From Azolla caroliniana (Eukaryota > Plantae > Polypodiophyta), in the NCBI GenBank assembly GCA_043228905.1, contig JBHGNT010000014.1, positions 6,882,001 through 6,946,000 on the forward strand: a stretch of DNA of 64,000 nt, read 5' to 3'. Shown piece after piece: positions 13,210 to 26,555 of this stretch. Below the pieces are notes generated by a model. It worked only from the letters and a program-made list of their open reading frames with translations, had not been told where the DNA came from and did no database searches. Both the position numbers and the translations under genes were made by a program. The stretch's first letter is position 1. Every line of letters starts with the position of its first letter.

Positions 13210-13842
13210 CTCTTTGAACCCACTCTACGAATCCTCTCTACGAATCTTCACTCTATGAATCCTTACTCTACGAATCTTCACTCTACAAATCTTCACTCTA
13301 CGAATCCTCACTGTACGAATCTTCACTCTACGAATCCTCCCTCTACGAATCTTCACTCTACGAACTCTCTCTACGAATCCTCTCTACGAATCCTCTCTAC
13401 GAACCCACTCTACGAATCCTCTCTTCATACACTCTACGAATCTCCACTCTACGAATCCTCACTGTACGAATCTTCACTCTACAAATCCTCCCTCTACGAA
13501 TCTTCACTCTACGAATCTTCACTCTACGAACTCTCTCTATGAATCCTCTCTACAAACCCACTCTACGAATCCTCTCTTCATACACTCTACGAATCTCCAC
13601 TCTACGAATCCTCACTGTACGAATCTTCACTCTACGAGTCTTCACTCTACAAATCTTCACTCTACGAATCTTCACTCTACGAACTCTCTCTATGAACTCT
13701 CTCTACGAATCCTCTCTACGAACCCACTCTACGAATCCTCTCTTCGAACCCACTCTATGTACTCTCTCTACAAACTCTCTCTACGAATCCTCTCTTCGAA
13801 CCCACTCTATGAACTCTCTCTACGAATCCTCTCTATGAACCC
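13210..13842. repeat. 13-15-bp minisatellite (core CTCTACGAATC) in C1 5' LTR
   Basis: Dozens of degenerate CTCTACGAATCTTCA / CTCTACGAATCCT units. Confidence 0.93.
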
Positions 13843-16125
13843 AAGGGGACGATAACACAAACACGAATGATATCGGCCAAAGGAGTAAATACGTGTTCGA
13901 TTCCAACGCAAGAGGCCCCTTTATAAATAGGGTTTGATTATGTAAAGAATCAAGAGATGGATTCTTGTGAAGCGGAAGAGATGTGAGTTATGTGTGTGTG
14001 TAAGAGAGAGAGGGAGAGAGAGAGAGAGAGAGAGAAACACAGAGAATATGCAAGGTAAAAGTATATTGACAAAGGAGAAAGACTTAACTCTATACAAGGT
14101 GGGAGGAGGGTGCTTTATGTAGTCACCCTCTCTCTTCATTAACTACAAGCCTCATGGAGCATGGGGAATGTGAAATCTCATAAGTTATGTGTCATAGAAT
14201 ATGATTCTATGACTTATACTAAATGTTAGAATACAAAGTGGTGACATAATGGTGACTCTTGACCGTTGGAGTGTATCTTCACTCTCAAGGTGAGTTCATA
14301 CACTAGACCAAGTTCAGCTTGATTCTCAACATGCCCCCTCAAGCTCAAGTCGGGTCGGTTTCATACGGTATCCCAAATCCTCTTCAACTCGCGTTCCGGA
14401 GTCCGCGTCGACTCGCGTCGGCTCGCTTTATGCGAAGTTGCAAAATCCGTGCTCCAGCTTGCGTTGTGCAAAGTCTGTGCTTCGGCTTGCGTGCGTAGTT
14501 GCGAAGTCTATGCTTCGGCTTGCATCTTTCTTCGCGGCTTTGCGCGGTAGATCGGCTCTTCACTGCTTCGTTGCGTGGTTGTGGAATCCACGCGTTATTG
14601 CGTAGTGTCTTCAGTACTCCCCCTCAAGCTTGGCAGGTTAGGGATCGTCAATCCGAGATCGGTCATGAATTGCCACAGCTTGTCGGCTCCTAAGGATTTA
14701 GTGAAGATGTCGGTCGTTTGAAGATTGGTGCTAATGTGTTGTAGGTTGACATGGCCAGCCAGAACATGCTCTCGGATGAAGTGATAGTGCACTTTGATGT
14801 GCTTTGTCCGCGCGTGGAACACCGGGTTCCGAGCCAGATAAATACTACTCATGTTGTCGCAGTAAAGGGAAGTCGGATCCTTGATGCGTACGCCCAGATC
14901 CTTCAAAATTCTCTTGAGCCATACGGCTTCACACGCAGCTACGGCTACGCCCCTGTATTCCGCCTCCGTACTCGAAAGAGCGACGGTAGGTTGGTTCTTG
15001 CTACTCCAGGATATTGCTTTGTTGCCGAGGGAGAAAACAAATCTGGAGATTGATCTTCTATCAGCTTTGTAGCCGGCCCAATCGGCGTCTGTGTACCCCT
15101 CGAGTCGTATTGGCATCACGATCTTGTAGAGGATGCCGCAATCCATTGTGCCGCTGACATAGCGTAAAAATCGCTTAGCGCAATCCATTGTGCCGCTGAC
15201 ATAACGTAGAAATCACTTAACGCAATCCAAGTGAGTATCACGTGGTGTTTGCATGAATTGGCTAAGGAGACCGACCGGATAACTGAGATCGGGTCATGTG
15301 ATCGTGAGGTAGATGAGACTCCCGAGGAGTTGCCGATACTGAGTCGGCTCACACGCTTTGGTGCCGGAGTTTGCATCTAGTTTGAGATTACAATCGAGCA
15401 GGGTTGCCACAGATTTGCACTCAGCCATCCTGAACTTGTATAACAAGTTGAGGATGTAGTGTCGTTGAGAGATCATGATTCCGGCTGGAGTCCGAATTAC
15501 CTCGATGCCGAGGAAGTAGTGGAGCTCCTTCATGTCCATGATCTCGAACTTGTCGGAAAGGAAAGATTTGACTTTATTGATTTCGACGAGATACTCACCT
15601 CCAATGACTAGGTCATCCACATATAAAATGATGACGATCGGACTTGCGGAATCGCTTCGTATGTAGAGGGAGTTGTCCGATTTTGACACACGGAAGCCGA
15701 TTTGATGAAGATATTGCGTTATCTTCGAATGCCAAGCATGCGGTGCTTGCTTGAGCCGTAGAGTGGCTTCTTAAGTTGGCAAGAAGCTTTCGGATAGGTG
15801 CTCGAGTTGAAGCCGGGTGGTTGGATCATGTACACCTCCTCTTCTAATTCGCCTTGTAGAAAGGCGTTCTTGACGTCCATTTGGTGGAGGTGCCACCCTT
15901 TCGCCGCGACAATCGCAATTATGGTCCGCACCGTCGTCATCTTTGATACCGGGGCAAAGGTCTCTTCGTAGTCGACACCATGCGTCTGAGCGTATTCTTT
16001 CGCTACAAGTCGAGCTTTGTAGCGGTTTATGGAGCCATCGGCGTTATACTTCACCTTGTAGATCCATCTACATCCGATCGCCTTTTTGTGTGGTGAGGTG
16101 GGAATGAGATCCCACGTCTCGTTCT

Positions 16126-19100
16126 TGTTGGGAGATAGGTCCCTCCGGATGGGAATGGAGAAGAACAGTGTTGATGAACAAGCTCGGCCGAGGCCGAAAC
16201 CGTATGAGGTGGACCCGGCTACGGAGGGTCGGATGATGCAGACCCGGTATGAACCGGATGAGGAGTACCCAGCTACGAAGGGCCGGATGATGCAGACTCG
16301 GTGAAGACCGGATGAGGAGTACCCGGCTACGGAGGGCCGGATGATGCAGACCCGGTGAAGACCGGATGAGGAGTACCCGGCTACGGAGAACCGGATGAAG
16401 AGACATATTCGTAAATATGTTTTTCTGATAGTCCATCGTGGCTATATTTGTAAATAGCCGAAAGTCATATTAGTATAAATATGACTTAGGGCAAACTAAT
16501 ATACTGTTGTTGTCATTTCCTTGTTGGTGCAAGAAGAAGAGAGAGTACGTAACGTTGTACAGAGAGAGAGAGAGAAAGAGGTCGCTGCCTCTGTTGTAAC
16601 CGCTGCCTGTGGCGAAGATCGTGAGCACGAGGTCGTTGCCTCTGGGATCTCACTGTTTTGTACATTCTTACATAGTGATAGTTTGCAGCCTGTGGGCTGC
16701 CGTGGTTTTTCCCCTAGTTTGGGGTTTTCCACGTAAACCTCCTGTGTAATTTTTTTTCTCCTCTTCTCTGTGTCGCGTCTTATTTCCTGTTTTCTGTGTA
16801 TCATTCTAAGCTTGGTTGTGGCCGAGCATTGCGCATAAGGAACGACCAGTTCCCGTCAAGTGGTATCAAAGCGAAACAACAGAGAAATATGGACGAATCG
16901 TTTGGTGGCATGTTCAAGCTCACCGGCTCCAACTATTCGGTATGGAAGTCGAAGATGAGGGACATGCTCGTGGTTAAAGACCTCTGGCTGCCGGTTCAGT
17001 TCGGGGACAAGAGACCGGACAAAATCGACACCGCGATATGGGAGGTGATGCACATGAAGACAACGACGTACATACAGTGCTTCATCGACATGAGCCTGTA
17101 CAACAACTTCAATGAAGAGAGCAAGGCGCATGAGCTCTGGGAGAAGATCGGCATAATGTTTCAAAACAAAAATGCTGTTAACCAGGTTTCGGTATTCCGG
17201 AAGCTAGTAAGACTCTGGTACCAAGATGGCTCCAGCATGGCGGAGCATATGAATGCCTTCCAGGGGCTGATACACCAGGCAACTTCATTGGAAGTACCTC
17301 TCGCCGATGAGGTACTTGCGCTACTCCTGCTCGGTTCCCTCCCGGACAGCTGGGAGACGTTGGTTGTCACTTTGGGCAACGCCGGACCGGAAGGAAAACG
17401 GTTATCCCTAGCCAGAGTAAAGTCGAGCTTGCTAGATGAGGAGGTGCGTCGGAAGGATAAAGATACGAGCTTCGACTCCAAAGCGCTCCTTACCGAATCG
17501 GAACGCGGAAGACATAGAAACCGTAGTCCCCAGAACCGGGAGAAGTCGGGGACACGGTCAAAGTCAAGGGGGAGGCTCACTTGCTTCTATTGCGGCAAGC
17601 CGGGTCACTTCCAAAAGAACTGTCGGCATTTCCGTAAAGACAAGGAAACCGATGGTACCGATTCGAAGCAAACCCCGGACTAGAACGGTAAAGACCGGAG
17701 GGGGCCGGACCGGAAGGGAACGACGGCAATCACGGCAAGTGAAGAAGATTTGATGCTCATCACCGAGGAGTGTGAGATAAACCTTGCCGGCGACGAGATG
17801 ACCTGGGTGGTAGACTCCGGAGCATTGTTCCACCTTACCCCGGACCGGAAATGCTTCTCATCCTATTCAGCCGGTGATCACGGCTGTGTCCGGATGGGGA
17901 ATGAAGGAACATGCCGAATTGTCGGCATAGGAGACGTGTGGCTGACAACACCAACCATATGCAAGTTGCTGCTGAAGGATGTCCGACACGTTCTGGAGGT
18001 TCGTCTGAACATGATATCAGCCGGTCGGCTAGATGATGAGGGCTACACGGGTAGCATCCGGAACGGCGTCATGAAGTTCAGCAAAGGGAGCTTGATTGTG
18101 GCTCGGGCCCGAAAGGTAAACACATTGTACCTGATGAATGCCCGGTTATGCCCGGAAGAACTGAACGTGGCATCCGACACTGCCGGTGAGCTGTGGCACA
18201 AGAGGCTGTGTCATATGAGTGAGAAGGGGATGAAGAGGCTTGCAAACGACAACCTCATTCCAGTGAAGAACGTGCACTTAGAGAAGTGCACTGATTGTCT
18301 GGCTGGTAAGCAGATCCGGACCTCCTTCCGACCAAGGCCACCGATGAGACGTAATGCACCACTGGAGTTGGTGCATACGGATGTGTGTCAAGTAGACACC
18401 AAGTCACATGCCGGAGCACAGTACTTCGTGACCTTCATAGATGACCACAGTCGGAAGCTGTGGGCCACACCGTTGAAGACAAAGGATCAGGTGTTATCCG
18501 TCTTCAAAGAGCTCCACGCGAGAGTGGAAAGAGAAACCGGCCGGAAGTTGAAGGCGGTTCGAGCAGACAACGGAGGAGAATACTGGGGGCAGTTCGAGGA
18601 GTACTGCCGCTCGAAGGGAATCCGGCTCGAATTTACCGTGTCGAAGACGCTGGAACTAAACGGACTGGCCGAGAGGATGAACTGGACCATAATGGAGAGG
18701 GTCCGGAGTATGCTAGCGCATGCAAAACTACCCAAGAAGTTTTGGGCTGAGGCATTGTCGACGGCGACATACGTGATAAACAGATCACCCTTAGTACCCT
18801 TGGACGGAGACACGCCACAGAGAGTTTGGACCGGTAAGGAAGTATCCTATCGGCATCTGAAGGTGTTCGGGTGTCTCGTGTACGTGCATGTAGCTAAGGA
18901 CCGGAGAGGAAAGTTAGATCCAAAGACCCGGCCATGCATATTCCTCGGTTACGGTGACGATGAGTTCGGCTACCGAGTGTGGGACCCGGTCGACAAGAAG
19001 GTATTCCGGAGTCGAGATATTATCTTCATGGAGGACAAAACGCTCGCCGACTGGGAGTCGGAGAAGAAGATAATAAACTCTGAGTCAACCGGTAAGGATA

Positions 19101-21609
19101 GACTCTACGATGAGCAGACCCAACTGGCAAGAGACCGGTTAGCACTCGAGGAACCAGCCGGTTACGGTGAGGATACCGAACCGGCAGAAGAAGAAGTAGA
19201 GGACGCTGAGACCAGAACCGGCCTAGACCCCGAATCGGATTCGGATGAGGAGCAAATGGAGGAGCCGGCTACCGAAGCCCAAAGACGGGAATATCCTCTC
19301 AGAGAGAGAAGGGCCCCCCGGAGATTTCTGGATGCAGAGCATGTTCTACTGACTGATGAGGGGGAGCCGGAAAGCTTCAAAGAAGCGAAGGATGACACCC
19401 ACAGCCGAAAATGGTTAAGTGCCATGCAGGACGAGATGGATTTCCTGCATGAGAACCATACGTACGAATTGGTGGAGTTGCCGAAAGGAAAGCGGGCACT
19501 TCGAAACAAGTGGGTGTACAAGTTGAAACCGGGAGATGCCGGAAACCGCCCGAGATACAAAGCCAGGATCGTGGTGAAGGGGTTCCAGCAGAAGAAGGGC
19601 GTGGACTTCATCGAGATATTTGCCCCGGTAGTAAAGATGACCTCCATCCGGACGGTGCTGAGTATAGCAGCAAGCATGGACCTCGAGGTAGAGCAGCTGG
19701 ACGTGAAGACGACATTCCTTCACGGTGAACTTGAAGAGGAGATCTACATGCAGCAACCGGAATGATTCGTGGAGAAAGGGAAGGAGCACCTGGTATGCCG
19801 GTTGAAGAATAGCCTGTATGGACTGAAGCAGGCTCCCCGACAATGGTACCGGAAGTTCGAGTCCTTCATGACCGATCAAGGGTACCACAAGACACATGCC
19901 GATCACTGCGTGTTTGTGAAGAAGTTCGAAGGAGGCAACTTCTTGATACTCCTTCTGTACGTGGATGACATGTTGATCGTCGGACGTGACCAAGTCAAAA
20001 TACGGATGCTGAAGAAGGCTCTCAACTGGACCTTCTCAATGAAAGACTTGGGTCCGGCAAGACAGATGTTGGGGATGCACATCATCCGAAACCGGTCAAA
20101 GAAGCAATTATGGCTATCACAAGAGAAGTACGTGACAAAGGTGCTTCACCGGTTCAACATGTCAGATGCGAAACCGGTCGGATGGACACTTCCGGCAAAC
20201 TGCAAGCTATCCGGCAAGCAAAGCCCGAAGACCAAAGCAGAGAAGGTGGATATGATGAAGATCCCATATGCCTCTACCGTCGGGAGCTTGATGTACGCAA
20301 TGGTGTGTACCTGACCGGATATAGGATACGCATTCGGAGTGGTGAGCCGGTTTATGAGCAATCCCGGCAAGGAGCACTGGAACGCGGTCAAATGGATACT
20401 CCGGTACTTGAAGGGCACTTCAAATATGTGTCTCTGATTCGGCTCAGGAAAACCTCAACTGGACGGTTTCACCGACTCGGACATGTCGGCTGATGTGGAT
20501 ACCAGCCGACTCGAACATATGCAGGGGTAGCTGTTTCGTGGCAGTCGAGGCTGCAGAAGACGGTTGCATTGTCGACCACAGAGGCGAAGTACATGGCGGC
20601 TGTGGAAGCCGGCAAGGAAATATTATGGATGAAGGACTTCATCGGAGAGCTCGGTATCCGGCAAGAGGAATACCGACTCTATTGCGACAGTCAAAGTGCC
20701 ATCCACCTTGCTAAGAATGTGGCCTACCATTCTCGGACGAAGCATATCCAACGAAGATATCACTGGATCCAGGAAAGAGTAGAGGACCAGGAGTTCGCGC
20801 TGACGAAGATCCACACGGCCGAGAACGGGTTAGATATGCTAACCAAAGTGCTGATACCCGACAAGCTGGATGCATGCCGGAAGAGAATCGGACTGGTAAG
20901 ACACCCCATGCCGGAGTGAAGGGGGAGTTTGTTGGGAGACAGGTCCCTCCGGATGGGAAAGGAGAAGAACAGTGCTGATGAACAAGCTCGGCCGAGGCCG
21001 AAACCGTATGAGGTGGACCCGGCTACGGAGGGCTAGATGATGCAGACCCGGTGAAGACCGGATGAGGAGTACCCAGCTACGGAGGGCCGGATGATGCAGA
21101 CCTGATGAAGACCGGATGAGGAGTACCCGGCTACGGAGAACCGGATGAAGAGACATATTCGTAAATATGTTTTTCTGATAGTCCATCGTGCCTATATTTG
21201 TAAATAGCCGAAAAGTCATATTAGTATAAATATGACTTAGGGCAAACTAATATACTGTTGTTGTCATTTCCTTGTTGGTGCAAGAAGAAGAGAGAGTACG
21301 TAACGTTGTACAGAGAGAGAGAGAGAAAGAGGTCGCTGCCTCTGTTGTAACCGCCGCCTGTGGCGAAGATCGTGAGCACGAGGTCGTTGCCTCTGTGATC
21401 TCACTGTTTTGTACATTATTACATAGTGACAGTTTGCAGCCTGTGGGCTGCCGTGGTTTTTCCCCTAGTTTGGGGTTTTCCACGTAAACCTCCTGTGTAA
21501 TTTTTTTTTTCCTCTTCTTTGTGTCGCGTCTTATTTCCTGTTTTCTGTGTATCATTCTAAGCTTGGTTGTGGCCGAGCGTTGCGCATAAGGAACGATCAG
21601 TTCCCGTCA
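16126..21609 (+). mobile_element. copia A2, full length, TSD GTTCT
   Basis: LTRs 16126-16858 and 20930-21609, PBS TGGTATCAAAGC at 16861-16872, PPT GAAGGGGGAG, GTTCT at 16121-16125 and 21610-21614. Confidence 0.96.
16889..20919 (+). pseudogene. copia A2 gag-pol with a few stops and frameshifts
   Basis: CFYCGKPGHFQKNC, WVVDSGA, ADNGGEY, YVDDML, RTKHI. Confidence 0.93.
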
Positions 21610-24589
21610 GTTCTTCCATAGTGCTTGCATCTCCTCGTTAATTGCTTCGATCCATCGCGGGTTCTTCACGGCTTTCGAAAAGGTTTCCAGCTCCCGTACT
21701 GTCGCTATCTTCATTATAAAGGCATAATGGTATGCCATATAATCGTTATAGCCGAACCGGCTTACAGGGTTCTTTTCACGTGTGGAGCGACGGAGCTTTT
21801 CATTTGCTGAGATGAGGTCTTTCTTAGCTCCGATTGGTAAATCGAAGCCGCCGAACTCACTGTCGAGTGAGTGAGTCGACTCATCGTCGTCGAAACGATC
21901 ATCTGCGTATTCCGCCATTTTCGCCTTGCCCTTGTCCATCTTCGGGCTAGGCCGTGATGTGCTTTGATCGCTCAAAGGCTCTTGTGGTCCGCTCAGTCGG
22001 GTCGTGATCGGACTCTCTTTGAACATGTGCGTAAGGCGATCCTCATCCTCTATCTCTTGTTCGGTGGATTCCTGGTGGAGCGGAATCGGAGTCGGAGTTG
22101 TCTCTGGTGCGTACCAGGATGCAGACTCGTCAAAGACTACGTCTCGACTTACTCAAGATTTTCGAGTTGAGGGGTTGTAGCACTTGTACCCCTTTTGCTT
22201 CTCATCAGGGATATGCACGTACACTATCGCGCCGAATATCCGGGTGTGCAATAAGTCTGGCTTCTTTCCAAAGTATTTTTCGCGCGGAATGACCTCGTGC
22301 ACGCCGGATGTTGTGCATCGGTTCATTAGGTAGACGGTCGTATTTGCAGCTTCGGCCCAATATGACTTGGGCATATGCTTCTCGTTCATCATGGCCCGCG
22401 CTACTTCGAGGATGTGCCGATTTTTGCGCTCGGCTACTCCGTTTTGTTGCAGAGTGTGTAGGCAAGTGAATTCTCGCCGAATTCCTTCCTTTCGGAGATA
22501 CGCCGTGAAATCGTCCGAGAAGTACTCCTTGCCGCCATCCGAACGAAGGCATCGTACATGTCGGCCCGTGGCTTTCTCGACTTCATTCTTGAAATTTTGG
22601 AAGTGTCTAAACACTTCGCTCTTTTGCCGCATCGGGTAGATCCAAGTGTACCTAGAGAAGTCGTCAATGAAGAGCACGTAATATCGGCATCCGCCGGATG
22701 TAGCCGTCTGCACCAGTCCCCATACGTCGGAATGGACTACGTGGAGTAGACCTTTGCTCACGTTCCTCTCTTTCGGGAATGGGTGTTGGTGTTGCTTGCC
22801 GAATTGGCACGCTTCGCATACACCTTCGATTTCATTGCTTTGAGTTTGTTGAGATTGATGTGGCCGATTCGCTTGTGCCATAGCTCTATGTCGGAGTCGG
22901 CTTTCGTGTTTTTCGCGAACATGGTGGATTTCATCTCACGTGAATCGAGAATGAACATCCGTCCCTCTCTTTGTCCGCGTGCAATGAGTCGGCCCTCTTT
23001 TTCGATGAAGCAACCGCCTTGATTAAATCGAACTTGCATCCCTTGCTCTACAATTTGGCCGACGGAGACCAAATTCTTCGTAATGGTCGGTACATGCAAG
23101 ACATTTTTAATGTAATTTTGCTTACCTTCTTTTCCGAATGGAACATTGCCGATGTGCTAAATCGGGTGCGTAGTGTCATCTCCGGTTTTGACATAGTTGG
23201 GTCGGTCTGGCTCTCGAAGTTCTCGGAACCATTCTTGATGCGATGTCATATGGTTCGAGGCACCGGAATCGACAAACCATACGTCTTCCGGACCGGAGGC
23301 ACTAGTTGAGGTAGCGGCCGACATAGAGTTTGCTCGATGTTTCATCATGAACATTCTGCCACGGTCGGAGTTGTGCACCTACATTCCGCCATGATCTTCA
23401 TAGTTGGAGTTGTGCCTGTACATTTCGCCACGGTCGGAGTTGTGTGCATACATTCCGCCACGATCTTCGTAGTCGGAGTTGTGTGCGTAATTCGTGAGTT
23501 GTCGGAGTTGTGGAAGCGGATTCACGCATTTTCTTTCGTCACTCTTTTTCGTGGTGGCCGAGCTTTCCGCAATATCCACATTCGGTTGCGTTTTGACGGC
23601 TCGGGCCGGAGTGGAAGCTCCCCCTTCTTGCGAAGGTTCCTCGTTGGCCTCCGTTTTGCGGCCAAAATTGGGAGTTGTTGTCGTAGGTCAGACCTCGTCT
23701 GCCTTGTCCTTGGCCGAATCGGCCTCTTGCTTGTCCGCGTCCTTTTCCTCCATTAGAGTGCGTGTAGAACATGTGGCATTCCAACTCATTGCTCCTTGTA
23801 CGCATGTGGTTTTCTTCCACCAATAGCATTGATTGGAGCGCGAAGAAGGAGGGAGAGTTCTCCCGTGCTAGAACGGCAGTTCGCATCGCGCCGAACCGTG
23901 GTGCGAGGCCGTCGAGGCATATTTGCACCATCTCATCATCATCTATACTTACGCTTATTGAGCTGAACGAGTCGCAAAGCTCCTTGATCTTCAAGGTGTA
24001 TGTCGTGATGGACATGTCCCTTTGTTGAATGTTGTTCAACACTTGGCGGAGTTGAAGCTTCCTCGCGGTCGTGTTGGCGGCGAAAATCTTTCGTAGATTT
24101 TCCCATGCTTCCTTCGGCGTCTTGGCTTCTCGAATGTAACCGAGCATGTGGTCATGAACACATGTCGCCAAACAATACATCACGCGGCTTGCGGCTTGCT
24201 CCCATGTTGCGTATCCGGGAGCCGCTTCGGCGGGTCGGTTTTCATGCACTCCTTTGATGTAGCTCCAGTAGCCTTGTCCGACAAGGTATTGGTGCATCTT
24301 GTACTCCCAAGATGCGAAGTTGTTTCCATCCAACTTCTTGGTAGGTAGAGCGCTCCCCATTTGAGTATTCATTATGTCGATTCTTCTTCTTCTTCTTCTC
24401 TCTTCGAATGCAAGCTATGTAGCGAAGCTACAATAGCTATGAGCCAGTTCTTGGTCGTCGGCGTAGAGCACAACACACGATCACGATGAGGCGAATGGGC
24501 TAGATCGAGCTACCAAATCGCTCTGATACCATGTACAGAATCAGGAGATGGATTCTTGTGAAGTGGAAGAGATGTGAGTTATGTGTGTG

Positions 24590-24624
<35 letters not shown>

Positions 24625-25814
24625 CAGAGAATATGCAAGGTAAAAGTATATTGACAAAGGAGAAAGACTTAACTCTATACAAGGTGGGAGGAGGGTGCTT
24701 TATGTAGTCACCCTCTCTCTTCATTAACTACAAGCCTCATGCAGCATGGGAAATGTGAAAGCTCATAAGTTATGTGTCATAGAATATGATTCTATGACTC
24801 ATACTAAATGTTAGAATACAAAGTGGTGACATAATGGTGACTCTTGACCGTTGGAGTGTCTCTTCACTCTCAAGGTGAGTTCACACACTAGACCAAGTTG
24901 AGCTTGATTCTCAACAGATTACAATAGCAACTTCTAGCTAACCACCAGCTCAATGAAAACATCAATACTAAATGCCCTTAAAGACAAGAGCAAAACCGAC
25001 CACGACGAAGATGACCACATGAGCACCACCAAAATGCCAACCCCAATGAACCACGACCACCTGAACGGCGAGCACACGGGCTCACAATGACGAACGGGGT
25101 GGAGCAACGTCGAACCAACAAAGCTTAGGCTCACGAGCACTTCCAATGCCGACGTGAAGAAGATGAGCACGAGGCGGTGGGGGGATGAAGGCATATGAGA
25201 TGAAGAGAAGTGGTGAATAAGAAGATGAAGAGCTCCGAAAGAAAATTGGTGATAGTCTCCTCCTCCCAAAAAAACGTCATCTCGAATGAGCCCCCCTCGA
25301 CCTCCTTCTATAGGAAAAAAAGAAGGGGGGTCGCCAATTTTGTCTTCAATGGAAAAGGAATAAAATTCCTTAAATCACACTACATTGTAAGAGTAGATTT
25401 GAACCGTGCACCTCTAGCTAGTAGTCAATGTGACTATCCACTAGCCAATTAACTCTCTCTTGTATATTATATAATTCTATCTCTATAAATTCAGAGAATG
25501 TCTCCCCTCTACCTTTTATCTCTCCTCTCTCTTACTTTTTGCACGAGTTTCTATACCTCCTTTCCACCCTTTCTTTTCCTTTTTTATTTTGCATATGCAC
25601 AATTAATCGCCTTTGTGTGCACACACATTGCACATGCACATTTTGACCCCCCTTTCGCCGGTTTTTCCTACTCTCGAGCATGTCACATCACGACACTGGA
25701 TACCGTCCGAATCGGGTACGAGCCGAAGGGGACACCGGAGATCATCCGAACCGGATACCAACCGAAGCAGACATCAATCTAAAGGAACCAACCCGAGTTG
25801 AGCTTAAGGGGGTG

Positions 25815-26269
25815 TGTTGAAAATCAAGCTCAACATAGCACAACGTGTGAACACATCTTTTGAGAATCTATGATTACTCAAAGGTCAAGAGTCACACCAC
25901 TACTCTCTACACATTAACTATGTGTTATAAAATTATATTCTATGACACATAACTAATGAGTTACATATTCCCCATGACTATGAGTTTTCACATCCCCCAA
26001 GAGAGAGAGTGGTTGTTGTAAAGTTAGTGAAGAGAGAGGGTGACTCTATATAAACCACCCTCCTCATACTTCATACTAAGTCGGTTGCGACTCCTTGTAA
26101 TGCTACAATTTTGTATATTCATTCTACTTGTGAAATATACAACTTCTTCTTCTTGGGTATTCCTTTTTCTATCTATCTTGTGTTCTCTCATCTCTCCTCT
26201 AATTCCTCTCACACATACACATAACACACATCTCTTCCGCTACACAAGAATCATACCCGATTCTTTACA
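25815..26269 (+). mobile_element. 3' LTR of copia B1
   Basis: TGTTGAAAATC..TTCTTTACA, preceded by PPT-like TTAAGGGGGTG; homologous to the B2 and B3 LTRs. Confidence 0.88.
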
Positions 26270-26555
26270 GGGATGTTCTGACTCGGACCACTCTCCAGTC
26301 GGCAACCAGATCAATGTTGCCGACACCTGATCCGGAGAAATCCTCTCACTAGAGGATTCGATGATCGGAGAAGTCTTCTACAGTGCAAAAGTTGCACACA
26401 CGTGGCTACTAGACTCTGATGCCACATTTCATGTGACCCCCAACATTGAATGGTTCTCGAACTATTCAGCCAACGCCAGTGGCACAGTCCGACTGGGAAA
26501 CGGGCGGGAGTGCAAGATAGCCGGAACCGGGGAGGTACCCATCAGATTGCCAATG
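26270..26555 (+). pseudogene. copia protease fragment of another family
   Basis: WLLDSDATFHVTPNIEWFSNYS...VRLGNGRECKIAGTG. Confidence 0.75.

Larger units (their letters stand above)
14595..24372 (-). pseudogene. copia B2 gag-pol (interrupted by A2)
   Basis: gag ORF 23539..24372, WFVDSGASNHM, SDGGKEY, LYVDDL, YTDADWAG. Frameshifts, short deletions and a 42-bp tandem duplication near 15140-15230. Confidence 0.9.
13941..24916 (-). mobile_element. copia B2, full length, degenerate, TSD GATTA
   Basis: LTRs 13941-14331 and 24532-24916, PBS GCTCTGATACCA at 24520-24531, PPT next to 14332, GATTA at 13936-13940 and 24917-24921. Confidence 0.95.
8717..25695 (-). mobile_element. gypsy C1 (chimeric), containing B2 and A2
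   Basis: 3' LTR 8717-9370, G-rich PPT at about 9371-9387, gag/pol remnant, tRNA-Trp PBS. The 5' LTR is split into 13089-13940 and 24922-25695 and starts TGTCGTGA on the minus strand. Flanks are CCGG and CTGG. Confidence 0.75.
4676..26269 (+). mobile_element. copia B1, 5'-truncated; interrupted by a solo LTR and by gypsy C1
   Basis: gag-pol remnant 4676-8712. The 3' region resumes at 25700 (ATACCGTCCGAA) in register with the uninterrupted equivalent in B3, followed by a PPT and 3' LTR 25815-26269. Confidence 0.8.

Noticed and set aside
12904-13838. ORFs with STNLH/YESSL repeats
   Set aside because: Translations of the LTR minisatellite.
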